A stretch of 40,246 nucleotides of DNA, taken from Candidatus Thorarchaeota archaeon (GTDB taxonomy: Archaea > Asgardarchaeota > Thorarchaeia > Thorarchaeales > Thorarchaeaceae). The stretch covers positions 1 to 40,246 of the forward strand of contig JAEOUG010000089.1 in the NCBI GenBank assembly GCA_016839445.1, given 5' to 3'. Both the position numbers and the translations under genes were made by a program. Below, piece by piece: positions 8,392 to 18,495 of this stretch. Each line of letters opens with the position of its first letter. Position 1 is the first letter of the stretch. Under the pieces are notes generated by a model. The model ran no database searches. It saw only the letters and a program-made list of their open reading frames with translations, and had not been told where the DNA came from.

Positions 8392-9516
8392 GTGACCTCT
8401 GTCACTCGGGGGCGGGCATTCGTGAGGGCACTGGGGAAAACAAGCACGCTGTCTCGTGTCGTGCCGAAGAACCACTTCTGTGTTAACAGCATCTTCCGAG
8501 AGGAGCCTCTAATCAATTGGACATTTACTGACGCAGTGCTCTTCACTGCATACGATGTCTACAAGTCAGAAAGCAACTGGATGAATTCCGTGATCAACTC
8601 AGGCGGGACTCTGAAAGAGGGGCTTATCGAACTCGGCTTCCCAAAAGAGGTTCGGCTGCTGGCCGATACAGGTGTTTTCGAGATGGAGGCGAGGAAGGCC
8701 GGTCTCTCCAGAGAACTTGGAATAGAGATTGACATTGAGCTGAGCGTGAGCGAGATCCTTGAGGCTTACGACCTCTCTGGAGCAGATGTGTTTGTGTCAC
8801 CAGATGAGATTGTCCTGCCAAGCGACTCCCAAGAGGAGGTTGCGCAGAAGATCGACCGCATCAAGCAAAACATGTCAGAGGTCCTTGACATCATCAATCC
8901 GGGAAAGGTGATGGGTGTAGTCCAAGGCATAGAGAAGCCAGTGATTGACGACCTATTGGACCATTACCGAAGCCTTGGAGTCAGAACATTCGCTTTGGGG
9001 GGCGCGATTCCCCTCTATCATCACTCCAAGAGCCTTCTTGAGCGAACAGTGAGGCACGTGAGAGATGCGACAAAGAAACGGTGGCTCCACATTTTTGGCC
9101 TTCCGAGAAGCGGACTGATCAACTACTACCTGCACGAGATGATGGCCGACAGCGTAGACACGTCACTGCTTCTCTACTTGGCGGCTAGACGGAGATACCT
9201 AGTCGACTCTCGGGCTATACCCGTAAGAGAAGCTCGGTTGCGAGAATGCGAGTGTGAGGGGTGCAGGAGTCTTGAGCAACTGAAGAACTCGCCGCGTAGC
9301 GCTGGCTTCTTCATCAATCTCTACATTCACAACCTGACCACAGCAGTCCGTATGAGTCTGAATAGTCAGCCTGCGAAGGAAGAGCCTCACTCTCCAGCAA
9401 AGGCGCGTAGGGTCGATCACCAGGTGTACCCAGCAGTGTGGGAGACAGCCGAGGATCTACTCTCAAGAAGAAGGAGTGGATTAGGCGAAGAAGAGGGAGA
9501 CGAGATTGAGGGCTGA
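8392..9516 (+). CDS. tRNA-guanine transglycosylase (ArcTGT/TGT)-like protein, catalytic domain only
   Basis: LADTGVF (DSG-like), SPDE, GVVQG, ALGGAIP, LHIFG, ADSVD, Zn site CECEGC...HNL, colinear with the ArcTGT catalytic barrel. Confidence 0.8.
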   Translation: MTSVTRGRAFVRALGKTSTLSRVVPKNHFCVNSIFREEPLINWTFTDAVLFTAYDVYKSESNWMNSVINSGGTLKEGLIELGFPKEVRLLADTGVFEMEARKAGLSRELGIEIDIELSVSEILEAYDLSGADVFVSPDEIVLPSDSQEEVAQKIDRIKQNMSEVLDIINPGKVMGVVQGIEKPVIDDLLDHYRSLGVRTFALGGAIPLYHHSKSLLERTVRHVRDATKKRWLHIFGLPRSGLINYYLHEMMADSVDTSLLLYLAARRRYLVDSRAIPVREARLRECECEGCRSLEQLKNSPRSAGFFINLYIHNLTTAVRMSLNSQPAKEEPHSPAKARRVDHQVYPAVWETAEDLLSRRRSGLGEEEGDEIEG

Positions 9517-9653
9517 ACGGAAAATCCATACCAGTTACGCGGTTGCGTGGACTTAAATGGCATAACATATCTGGTAGCAATGGTCAGCGACCACAGCCTT
9601 TATAGGCAACACTTGTCGGCAAATGGAATCATACGCATAGGAGTCCCCAAACT

Positions 9654-10037
9654 ATGTGGTTTGAACTGTCCCTAATCCCCTTCATCGGTGCCATTATAGT
9701 GTTCATCATCTTCTGGATTGTGAAGGATGGACAGCGCTGGCAGAAGCACCCGTACCTAGGAGTCTTTGCCCGATTGATCCAGAAATCGCCTGGAAGGGCA
9801 TTTGGTGTCTTCTTCCTCTTGATGATTCTCACGGTTCCTCTTGTCCTCCTCGTGATGACGGGAATGTGGGTTGACACGCTAGATGCAGGGTTGATTCCGC
9901 AGAGGACCGATGTGGTAAACATCATGCTGATTATGTTCTTGGTGTTCTGTTTCACTATCTACATCACCTGGGGAGCATACGGAACCTGGCGCAATGCAAT
10001 GCGCGCTGAGGCAGAAGTCAAGGTTAGACCAGTCTAG
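9654..10037 (+). CDS. Hypothetical membrane protein (3 TM)
   Basis: Three hydrophobic helices. TTTATA at about 9599 and GGAG upstream. Confidence 0.75.
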   Translation: MWFELSLIPFIGAIIVFIIFWIVKDGQRWQKHPYLGVFARLIQKSPGRAFGVFFLLMILTVPLVLLVMTGMWVDTLDAGLIPQRTDVVNIMLIMFLVFCFTIYITWGAYGTWRNAMRAEAEVKVRPV

Positions 10038-10098
10038 ACACAGACCGGTTGTCAGCAGATGGGCGGCCCTTACGCTCTAAGTTCACTTGTAGTGTGAG

Positions 10099-11019
10099 GT
10101 GGAAACCACGACACACTATGAGCTCGCTGACGATAGCTACGTTATCATTGGAGGAGCGTTTCCGCGCTGCAACACACTTGTCGTCATGGGAGACGAGACC
10201 ATAGTAGTCGATCCAGGATGCGCCATTGAGGAACTAAGACGCTTTCTCAATGGGATAGACCTCTCGCTCAATGACATCGACACCATAGTGCTGAGCCATA
10301 TCCATCCCGACCACATCGTTCACGCAACTCGGATTCACCGACTATCCAGGTGTAGGATTGCCGCAAACGACATCACTGCCCCTCTCTTCAATGACAAGGA
10401 GAAGATGAAGGAGTTTCTTGGCTTCAGCAGATCTAACCCTGTCAGACCGTTATGGGAACGTCTCGTCAATGAGAAGATGTACGGGGCGCTGGACGACGGC
10501 CGATGTGACGAAATCCTCTCCAATGGAGACAAGTTTAGCAACGGGAACACGACTCTGAGAGTGCTGTATACTCCAGGACACACTCCGGATCATATGTGCA
10601 TTGAGCTGCTTGAACCAAACCTAGTCTTTGGAGCAGACATTGACCTAACCGAGTTCGGGCCGTACTATGGACACCCGAACTCATCAATCGACGAATTCAG
10701 AAACTCGATTCGGCTGTTGAAAGAGAAGGAGTACACAGGAATCGTTAGCGGGCACTTGCCCAACCCTCTTGTCACAGACTACAGCGGAGCTCTCGATGCA
10801 TACGAACATCAGATAGACCTGAGAGAGGATCTTGTTCTATTGGCGATACAAGACGGCGCAAGATCCATCCAGGAAGTGACTGGTAATCCAATCATATACC
10901 CCTCTTTGACTGACCCTGTCTTCCTACAGTTTGAAACGTGGATGATAGAACATCACGTGAAATCGCTAGAGAAGAGAGGGTTCATAGTGAGGAGAAACGA
11001 ACACCTCATTGCCCTATGA
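10099..11019 (+). CDS. MBL-fold metallo-hydrolase
   Basis: VDPG, SHIHPDH, TPGHTPDH, GAD, SGH. C-terminal winged-helix-like segment. Confidence 0.9.
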   Translation: METTTHYELADDSYVIIGGAFPRCNTLVVMGDETIVVDPGCAIEELRRFLNGIDLSLNDIDTIVLSHIHPDHIVHATRIHRLSRCRIAANDITAPLFNDKEKMKEFLGFSRSNPVRPLWERLVNEKMYGALDDGRCDEILSNGDKFSNGNTTLRVLYTPGHTPDHMCIELLEPNLVFGADIDLTEFGPYYGHPNSSIDEFRNSIRLLKEKEYTGIVSGHLPNPLVTDYSGALDAYEHQIDLREDLVLLAIQDGARSIQEVTGNPIIYPSLTDPVFLQFETWMIEHHVKSLEKRGFIVRRNEHLIAL

Positions 11020-11838
11020 GCCCGACTCCGCTGAAGGCAAGAGATCCCGGAGATAATCTAGAATCGACGTCTTGAGATCATGGATAGCTCTCACGGCTGA
11101 TGAGTCAGGGCAGTAGTCAAGTGGGGCTTGGGAACTCATATCAGCTCTCCTAAGTTCGTTGTCGTAGGGTACAACTCCGATGAGTGGAATCTCTCTACTT
11201 GCCAAGTACTTGGAAACCACCGAGCGGTCTTCTTCATCCATCACTCGATTCGCGACTGCCACCACCCGACTAAGACCTATGTCCTCAGCCAGTCCCTTGA
11301 TTCGATCAAGGGTTTCAAGGGACCTCATTCCTGGTTCAACAACGACAAGAAGCAAGTCCATTCCTCTTGTTGTCCCTCTGCCCAGATTCTCGATGCCAGC
11401 GTCCATGTCCATGATGAAGGCCTCATCACCCTCAAGAGCCAAGTGGTTAATCAAGCTCTTCAGAAGAGCCGCGGAAGGACACATGCATCCTTGCCCGCCC
11501 ATGTTGACAGTGCCTGCTACGAGAAGACTGACATTGTCAGGCCCCTCTACGGCATACTTGGAGGCAAGATCATCGACCCTAGGATTCAATCGGAAGAACG
11601 AACCCATCAGTTCCACTAGGGGGGTGTCTGTCCGCTCGCGAACCAGCTCCTCAATCTCAAGAAGCGGTTTGATTGTCTGGGCAGCGGCGGCGTCGATTCC
11701 AACAGAGGTCCAGAGATTGTAGTTGGGGTCTGCGTCAACTGCCAATATCCTGATGCCATCACGGCCCAAGAGCCGAGCTAGCGTGCCGGCAATCGTTGTC
11801 TTACCAACGCCGCCCTTGCCGGTTACTGCGAGCTTCAT
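11014..11838 (-). CDS. cooC: CO dehydrogenase/ACS nickel-insertion ATPase CooC/AcsF
   Basis: GKGGVGKTT, VDADP, LNPRVDD, GGQGCMCP (CxC Ni site), DMDAGIENLGRGT, VVVEP. Confidence 0.92.
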   Translation of the reverse strand: MKLAVTGKGGVGKTTIAGTLARLLGRDGIRILAVDADPNYNLWTSVGIDAAAAQTIKPLLEIEELVRERTDTPLVELMGSFFRLNPRVDDLASKYAVEGPDNVSLLVAGTVNMGGQGCMCPSAALLKSLINHLALEGDEAFIMDMDAGIENLGRGTTRGMDLLLVVVEPGMRSLETLDRIKGLAEDIGLSRVVAVANRVMDEEDRSVVSKYLASREIPLIGVVPYDNELRRADMSSQAPLDYCPDSSAVRAIHDLKTSILDYLRDLLPSAESGS

Positions 11839-12019
11839 GTGCTATCCGGGGTCTTCACGCATAAAGAGATTGACGGATGAGGATTTCATACCATGAAGGT
11901 GCTGACGCCTCAACCACAACTTGGACTCCCAGTGAAACAGCATGATGCGTTCTGTTCTAGGGAGTCGCTGCTTCACAATAGTTAAAACTGGAGCGGCCTA
12001 TGCCCATGTGGGTATTCAG

Positions 12020-14116
12020 ATGAACAGTGACCTCAAGAAGAACCACCTGCAGGACGAGAGTAGCCCCTATCTTAGGCAACACGTCCACAATCCTGTAGAC
12101 TGGTACCCCTGGGGAGAAGAGGCCTTCGAGAAGGCAAGAACAGAGAACAAGCCAGTCTTCCTGTCAATCGGATACAGCACCTGTCACTGGTGCCACGTAA
12201 TGGCCCATGAGTCGTTCGAGGACCATGAAGTCGCAGAGAAGATGAACGATGTGTTCGTCAACATCAAGGTCGACAGAGAAGAGCGTCCTGATATTGACGG
12301 CGTCTACATGCATGTAGCCCAGATGATGACCAGCCGTGGAGGTTGGCCGCTGACCATCATCATGACACCGGAGAAGGAGCCCTTCTTCGCTGCAACCTAT
12401 CTGCCAAAGAAGACCAGATACAACAGCATCGGTCTTCTCGACCTCACAGACCGAATCAGAGACCTATGGATGAAGGAACAGGAGAATATCAAGGAGGTGG
12501 TGGGTCGTGTCCGAGATGCTCTGTCGGGGACTAGTGGAGATAGGTCAGGAGAACAGCTTGATCTTGCTGCCGTTGACGCCGGTGTTGGCGAACTCTCAAG
12601 AAGATACGACGAAGTGCGTGGAGGGTTCAGCAACGCACCCAAGTTTCCAACACCTCACAATCTACTGCTTCTGATGCGGCACTGGAAGAGGACCGGGAAT
12701 GAGAGGTCGCTGGACATGGTTCTCAACACGCTCAGAGAGATGCGGAAGGGAGGAATCTACGATCAGATTGGCTATGGATTTCATCGCTATTCCACTGATG
12801 CCGCTTGGCTGCTCCCTCACTTCGAGAAGATGCTCTATGATCAGGCAGGTCTCATGATGGCTTATACCGAAGCATTCCAGATTACGAGAGAAGCCATCTT
12901 CGCAGACACGGTTCGAGAAATCAAGGAGTATGTGGTGAGAGACCTCCTTGGTCCAGACGGAGCATTCTACTCTGCTGAGGATGCTGATAGTGAAGGTGTA
13001 GAAGGGAAGTTCTATGTCTGGGCCCTAGACGAAATCTCAGACCTCCTTAGCAACGAAGAGTTCCAGGTCATCACCATGCACTACGACATTGAAGCCGAGG
13101 GCAACTTCAAGGAAGAGGCTACTGGAGAGCCAACTCGGCTCAATGTCCTGCACGAAGCAGCTTCCATTCAGGACATCAGCGATAGTCTCGGTATAGAGCA
13201 GAAGGAGGTTCTCTCCTTGATCGCCTCAGCAGGAGCGAAGCTGCAGGAAAGGAGAGGCAAGCGGGTCAGGCCTTCACGTGACGAGAAGATACTGGCCGAC
13301 TGGAATGGGTTTATGATTGCTGCATTGGCGAAGGCCGGAGCTGCTCTAGGTGACAGCGCATTCACAGATTTGGCCGAGAGGGCCATGGAATACCTGAATG
13401 ACCGACTAACAAACCAAGACGGGAGGCTCCTCCATTACGTAAAGCAAGACAATGTGGGGATCCCTGGATTCTTGGACGACTACGCATACGTGCTCTGGGC
13501 CCTCGTCGAACTCTACGAATCTACGTTCAGGCCGAAGTACCTTGAAGACGCGAAGAAGCTGATTGACCATGTCATCAGTCACTTCTGGGATTCAAGACAA
13601 GGAGGCTTCTTCTTCACCTCAGACGATTCCGAAGAGCTGCTGGCCAGACGCAGAGAAGTCTACGACGGTGCCATACCATCGGGCAACTCTGTCACCATGT
13701 ACAATCTGGTGAGAATGGCTAGGCTACTCGGTGATCCAGAGATGGAGAACAAGGCGTGGGAAACAGTCAAGGCATTCTCTAGAGAGATTGTCGAGATGCA
13801 TTCGGCGTATTCTATGATGCTCGTCGGTCTGGAGTTTGCAGCAGGAACCACATTCGAAGTGGTTCTAGCAGGTCACGAGGGAAACGAGGAACTCAATGAG
13901 ATGATTGATGCCCTCAGGAGCCGATACATCCCAAACAAGGTAGTGATTCTCAGAGCGAACAAGGAGCAGTCGGCAGCAACTACGCGTCTGGCGTCCTACA
14001 CGAAGTACCATACTCCACTAAACGGAAGAGCAACAGCGCACGTCTGTGTTGACCACAACTGCAGGTTACCCACGAATGAACTGGCAGAGATGCTGAAGAC
14101 TCTAGGTGAGGAGTAG
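12020..14116 (+). CDS. YyaL/SSP411-family thioredoxin-domain protein
   Basis: [83 protein letters not shown]. Confidence 0.95.
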   Translation: MNSDLKKNHLQDESSPYLRQHVHNPVDWYPWGEEAFEKARTENKPVFLSIGYSTCHWCHVMAHESFEDHEVAEKMNDVFVNIKVDREERPDIDGVYMHVAQMMTSRGGWPLTIIMTPEKEPFFAATYLPKKTRYNSIGLLDLTDRIRDLWMKEQENIKEVVGRVRDALSGTSGDRSGEQLDLAAVDAGVGELSRRYDEVRGGFSNAPKFPTPHNLLLLMRHWKRTGNERSLDMVLNTLREMRKGGIYDQIGYGFHRYSTDAAWLLPHFEKMLYDQAGLMMAYTEAFQITREAIFADTVREIKEYVVRDLLGPDGAFYSAEDADSEGVEGKFYVWALDEISDLLSNEEFQVITMHYDIEAEGNFKEEATGEPTRLNVLHEAASIQDISDSLGIEQKEVLSLIASAGAKLQERRGKRVRPSRDEKILADWNGFMIAALAKAGAALGDSAFTDLAERAMEYLNDRLTNQDGRLLHYVKQDNVGIPGFLDDYAYVLWALVELYESTFRPKYLEDAKKLIDHVISHFWDSRQGGFFFTSDDSEELLARRREVYDGAIPSGNSVTMYNLVRMARLLGDPEMENKAWETVKAFSREIVEMHSAYSMMLVGLEFAAGTTFEVVLAGHEGNEELNEMIDALRSRYIPNKVVILRANKEQSAATTRLASYTKYHTPLNGRATAHVCVDHNCRLPTNELAEMLKTLGEE

Positions 14117-14119
14117 GAC

Positions 14120-15628
14120 CTACTGCGAGGGGCGCTTCCTCATCCACCACAATGCTACAACAGCCATAACAGCAACACCACCGCCTGCAAAGGCCAGTAA
14201 TGGAGCGTATGCCCCTAGACCCTGGTAGGGCCAGATCTCCCTCAGCGCCTCACCTGCTGCTTTCCACGAGTCGCCAATTGCCCGCAGGTGTGTAGAAAGC
14301 TGTGATAGAGTAGACTGGTAGATGGAGATGGAGCCCTCAAGGTCTCCTGTTGAGTTGTAGAGGTCAGCTATAGTTCTGAAGGTTGAAGCCAGGAATCCAG
14401 TGGCCGCTGTCAGGTTTCCGAAGTACACCAATGTGGAATTGTCGTCAAGAACATCAAAGTCATCCAATGCCTCCTCTGCAGCAAGAGAGAAGGCCGTCAG
14501 GTTCTCGTCAGGCATTAGATGCGGCAGAGCTTCAATGGCTGTCCGGTATGAGAGATACTGCACAGTCAGCTGCGCCTCAAGTCCGAGTCCCAAGAGAAGG
14601 ATTACAGATGCCTTGAGATTCTGCTCGTCATGTGCGCCATCAAAGATGTGGAGGTAGTCTATGAGGCTCTCCGCCAGGAAGTCATCACTCATTGCATAGA
14701 ATGCTTTGTAGCCGAACTTCCCTATGTAGGCGTTTGCGCTGCTTGGGGAGTAGGTGGTTCCCACTCCAAGAAGCTTGTCACGCACCATTCGTCCGAGTGC
14801 AACGTTGTAGTCTGGCACCTGATATGTACCAGCTGTGAATGTGTTAGCAATCCAGTAGCGATTGGACCAAGCGTTAATCAGCTGTGTGTAGGGGATTGCT
14901 GTGTAGTTGCCTCTGCCATCAAGAGGATAGCCAAAGTCGTCTCCAAACGAACCGACACCGGGATCGAGTATAATGGCCTCACTTGCAGCGTCATCGTAGC
15001 CGACAATCAAGACTCCGTGAGCTCCTCCTGTGTAGCCCTGTTCTCTCAGAATGTCGTAATCGTCAGATGGGAGCCAAGTTGGATCCACGCTGATGAGGAG
15101 AGGATAGCCGTCATCTATGGTGGAGCGCATTAGCGCGAATGCTTCCTGCTGTCCGTCAATCAAGCCGATGTTGATGCCCTGCATCTCATAAACCTGAACC
15201 GCTTGCTCGACACCGTCGATATCACTGCCAAGGTAGAGAGTGTAGTTTAGACCGTACAGGTCTGAGAGGAATTGGGCGGGCTCTACCTGCGCGTAGAGAG
15301 CTCCCGGGAACATAAGTCGTGTATCATTGATACTGAAGTAAGCAAAGGAGAATCCAATGCTAGACGCGGCGAAAACATCGTAGAGATCTACATCGACTCC
15401 TGCTGCCTGCATTGCCATTGCTGTAGCGGCCCAAGCGCAGAAACCGTTGATCTCCTGCCAGACATATGGAACGCCAGTTATGAGCCCATCATCTGCAACT
15501 ACGTGAGATGACTCCACTGTTGCCATTGACTGCCTGCTTCCAATTGCGTTAGGCAGTATCAGAAGGACCAGAAGGCCGAATATGAGCAGTCTTGATGATT
15601 TCAACTCAGAGGCACCGGAGGTGGGCAA
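14120..15628 (-). CDS. Secreted, C-terminally anchored C39-like (papain-fold) cysteine peptidase
   Basis: Signal peptide. VPYVWQEINGFCAWA (Q..C), AHGVLIVGYD (His), ILDPG (Asp). C-terminal TM followed by RKR. Confidence 0.8.
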   Translation of the reverse strand: MPTSGASELKSSRLLIFGLLVLLILPNAIGSRQSMATVESSHVVADDGLITGVPYVWQEINGFCAWAATAMAMQAAGVDVDLYDVFAASSIGFSFAYFSINDTRLMFPGALYAQVEPAQFLSDLYGLNYTLYLGSDIDGVEQAVQVYEMQGINIGLIDGQQEAFALMRSTIDDGYPLLISVDPTWLPSDDYDILREQGYTGGAHGVLIVGYDDAASEAIILDPGVGSFGDDFGYPLDGRGNYTAIPYTQLINAWSNRYWIANTFTAGTYQVPDYNVALGRMVRDKLLGVGTTYSPSSANAYIGKFGYKAFYAMSDDFLAESLIDYLHIFDGAHDEQNLKASVILLLGLGLEAQLTVQYLSYRTAIEALPHLMPDENLTAFSLAAEEALDDFDVLDDNSTLVYFGNLTAATGFLASTFRTIADLYNSTGDLEGSISIYQSTLSQLSTHLRAIGDSWKAAGEALREIWPYQGLGAYAPLLAFAGGGVAVMAVVALWWMRKRPSQ

Positions 15629-15728
15629 CTCCTCTGGAATCTTAAGGCTGTCGATAGGTCAGCAACCGCACTGATGCGAAACAGCCTTATCCCTCGTCTC
15701 TTCCGCAGCCAGTAATGGGGCGCTGGCA

Positions 15729-16805
15729 TTGAACTACCATCTTGTGCTCACTCGCAGATGCAACCTGAACTGCATCTATTGTCATGGTGGAGAAGAAACT
15801 GGACCAGACACCGAACTCAAATACACAATCGACGAACTTGAGCACTTCCTATCGAAGGACCCAGACTTCCAGTTGATGCTCTACGGCGGAGAGCCTCTGT
15901 TAAGAATCCCTCTTGTTCTTGAGCTCCTGGACAGGTTTCCAGACACTAGATTCATGCTCCAGACAAATGGACTTCTGTTACACCAGGTTCCAGAGGACTA
16001 CCTACACCGGTTTCATTCGATTCTTGTGTCCATTGATGGAAGGCCTGAAGTCACAGACTTCTATCGCTCAGAGGGAGTCTACGACAGAGTACTCGCAAAT
16101 GTCCAGTCCCTCAACTCTATCGGGTACAAGGGAGACATAGTGGCCCGGATGGCAGTGTCAGAGCAGACGGACATCTACAGAGACGTCAGGCATCTACTTG
16201 ATCTGGGAGGATTCAAGCATGTTCACTGGCAGCTTAACGTCATCTGGGACGCAGAAGGAAACTGGACCAACTTCGACAGATGGGTGAAGGATTCCTACAA
16301 ACCGGGAATCACTGCGCTCGCAAGAGAGTGGGTCGATGCCATGGAGGGAGGCAAGGTGCAAGGCATTGTGCCATTCCTGCCGGTGACCTACTCCCTACTG
16401 ACAGGCGAACCATCAAGGCTTCGCTGTGGTTCGGGCATTGACACCTTTGCAATTCATGTCGATGGAAGGGTGGGTGTCTGCCCTATATCACCTGATTGGG
16501 AATTCTCCATCGTTGGCGACATCCGATATACAGAACCTGCAGAGCTAAAGGACATAATGCAGGTTGATGAGCCGTGTCCATCCTGCAGCGAATTCGCCGT
16601 CTGCGGAGGACGATGTCTCTTCGCCAACAAGCAACGACTCTGGGGACAGGACGGTTTCCGCAAGGTCTGCGACACGGTCACACACCTGACAGGAGCGTTG
16701 AAGGTGCAGCTGCCTAGAATTAGGGATCTTGTGAAGTCCGGGATGGTGGACATGGAGAACTTCCAGTATCCTGAATTCAATAATGGTTGCGAGATCATAC
16801 CCTAG
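15729..16805 (+). CDS. Radical SAM/SPASM protein, AF0577 (TIGR04084-like) putative peptide-modifying family
   Basis: CNLNCIYC, YGGEPLL, QTNG, SIDG, SPASM-type RCGSG...CP...CPSC...VCGGRC, C-terminal EIIP. Confidence 0.88.
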   Translation: MNYHLVLTRRCNLNCIYCHGGEETGPDTELKYTIDELEHFLSKDPDFQLMLYGGEPLLRIPLVLELLDRFPDTRFMLQTNGLLLHQVPEDYLHRFHSILVSIDGRPEVTDFYRSEGVYDRVLANVQSLNSIGYKGDIVARMAVSEQTDIYRDVRHLLDLGGFKHVHWQLNVIWDAEGNWTNFDRWVKDSYKPGITALAREWVDAMEGGKVQGIVPFLPVTYSLLTGEPSRLRCGSGIDTFAIHVDGRVGVCPISPDWEFSIVGDIRYTEPAELKDIMQVDEPCPSCSEFAVCGGRCLFANKQRLWGQDGFRKVCDTVTHLTGALKVQLPRIRDLVKSGMVDMENFQYPEFNNGCEIIP

Positions 16806-17332
16806 TCTTCTTCGTCAGATGCGGGGGACTCTGAGAGGTCTTTCGTCATAACCACAATCACTTCGCCAAGACGCTCCATCCTCCCAGTCTCAACATAGCC
16901 TAGACGATGATAGAATGAGAGCTGCATCTCCACTGCTCCGTAGACCTCAATCTCAACTGTCTGTGCGCCTCTTGTGGATATCAGGTTCTCGGCGTAGTCG
17001 ACCAACATTGTGCCAATCCTTCTGCCTCTGAAGCTCTCTCGAACGGCAACACGAGCTATTACTCCTATACTCCCCCTGATACGAACGCGCATCGTTCCCA
17101 CTACAAGGTCTCCAACAAGAGCGACGTATTGGTCGCCCATCTGAATGTGTCGAGATATCTTGTCCAGACCTTCAATCAAGGCCGCAGGCATTCTTGAGAG
17201 CTTCTTCTTGACAGGCTCGTATGCCTCGTTGATGATGGACTTGATTACATCAACCTCAGCCAGTTCGGCCCTTCGAATGGTCACTTCGGCGTAATTGTAG
17301 ATGGGAGATACCTCCTTCGGCGTGTCCTTCAT
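16802..17332 (-). CDS. GNAT family N-acetyltransferase
   Basis: VAVRESFRGRRIGTML (motif A), FYHRLGY. Confidence 0.9.
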   Translation of the reverse strand: MKDTPKEVSPIYNYAEVTIRRAELAEVDVIKSIINEAYEPVKKKLSRMPAALIEGLDKISRHIQMGDQYVALVGDLVVGTMRVRIRGSIGVIARVAVRESFRGRRIGTMLVDYAENLISTRGAQTVEIEVYGAVEMQLSFYHRLGYVETGRMERLGEVIVVMTKDLSESPASDEED

Positions 17333-17392
17333 ATGCTTATGCTACAGCACGACATAAATCATTTGGAGCAGACACGTACAGACGGTCAGATT

Positions 17393-17881
17393 ATGCGTCT
17401 AGCAATACGCTCAGTAACGAAAGCAGATGAACCTTGGGTATCCTCAATCCTCAGTGAGTACTGGGGCGGCACCGAGATAGTGACGAGAGGAAGAGTATAC
17501 AATGCCCTAGAGCTGCCAGGCATTGCCGCAGTGAAGAGAGGCGTGGTCGCAGGACTTCTGATCTACAGAATAGAAGAGGACATGGAGATTCTGAGTCTTG
17601 TAAGCTTGACTAGAAGAGAGGGAGTTGCCACGCTGCTTATCGAGAAGGCACAGGAGATTGCATCGTGCAAGGGGTGCTCGAGAGTCTGGCTGACCACCAC
17701 CAACGACAATCGTGCTGCCATAGGATTCTACAGATCAATGGGATTTGAAGTGGTCAAGATTCACGAGAATGCCATTGCCAGGTCCAGGGAGTTGAAGCCA
17801 TCGATTCCTGAAGTCGGGATAGATGGCATTCCTATCAGGGACGAGATAGAGATGGAGAAGGCCATCCAACACAAGCCGTAG
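17393..17881 (+). CDS. GNAT family N-acetyltransferase
   Basis: RREGVATLL, VWLTTTNDNRAAIGFYRSMGF, SRELKPSIP..GIPIRDEIE. ATG 17393 is the likely start. Confidence 0.9.
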   Translation: MRLAIRSVTKADEPWVSSILSEYWGGTEIVTRGRVYNALELPGIAAVKRGVVAGLLIYRIEEDMEILSLVSLTRREGVATLLIEKAQEIASCKGCSRVWLTTTNDNRAAIGFYRSMGFEVVKIHENAIARSRELKPSIPEVGIDGIPIRDEIEMEKAIQHKP

Positions 17882-17925
17882 CTTTAAAACACTCCTTGTC
17901 ACTGAAGTCAGAAGGAGGCCACCAT

Positions 17926-18072
17926 TTGACTGAAGATGAAAAAGAGGATGTCGTAGAGTCACAGAAACTTAGCAAGCGCGATAAGAAGGAAATCGAAGAG
18001 GGCGCCTGCGTGAACTGCGCAGTGGCCACATTCATACTGATGTTCCTCGTGATTGTCTCCATGGTTCTCTAG
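17926..18072 (+). CDS. Unannotated 48-aa peptide (charged N-terminus, CxxC, hydrophobic C-terminus)
   Basis: TTG start 7 nt after GGAGG (17914-17918), TTTAAAA at 17883. Translation MTEDEKEDVVESQKLSKRDKKEIEEGACVNCAVATFILMFLVIVSMVL. Fills the gap between two + strand genes. Confidence 0.7.
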   Translation: MTEDEKEDVVESQKLSKRDKKEIEEGACVNCAVATFILMFLVIVSMVL

Positions 18073-18088
18073 CAGATGGAATGGGAGT

Positions 18089-18454
18089 ATGACGTTCCTC
18101 ATTGATCCTTTCCTGCTGGTGACTTTCGCTGTCATCTCGTACGCGATAGATAGGCGAGTCCAGTCAAGAACAGCATTACCAGTTGGCAAGATTCTGGCGC
18201 TGTTCAGTCTCTCCGTCATAATCTTCACAAGTACGACGCTGTATCTGAACATGCCCTTCATGGACTGGTTCTGGACACCATTCTATCCCGCAATAACCTC
18301 AGGCAGAGACCTCATGATCAACTCCGGAATCTTCGCTTTCGAGTCAAGCAATACAGCCGGGCTCACCGACCTACTTGCGGCTCTGCAAATCATGATCTAC
18401 CCTCTTTGGACATACCTAGGAGTGAGGCTCTACTCCTGGCAGGAGAGGGGATGA
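18089..18454 (+). CDS. Hypothetical membrane protein
   Basis: Three hydrophobic helices, GRDLMINSG motif. ATG 18089 preceded by GGGAG. Confidence 0.75.
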   Translation: MTFLIDPFLLVTFAVISYAIDRRVQSRTALPVGKILALFSLSVIIFTSTTLYLNMPFMDWFWTPFYPAITSGRDLMINSGIFAFESSNTAGLTDLLAALQIMIYPLWTYLGVRLYSWQERG

Positions 18455-18464
18455 GGCGGAGGAG

Positions 18465-18483
18465 CGAGGGGTCAAGCCCCTCG
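18465..18483. terminator. Hairpin between convergent genes (possible terminator or stability element)
   Basis: CGAGGGG-TCAAG-CCCCTCG forms a perfect 7-bp stem in the 41-nt gap. Confidence 0.35.
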
Positions 18484-18495
18484 TCTGGAGGAAGA

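Noticed and set aside
8388-8486. Short ATG-initiated 32-codon ORF overlapping the TGT-like start
   Set aside because: It is out of frame and has no features; GTG 8392 equally fits the TATA spacing.
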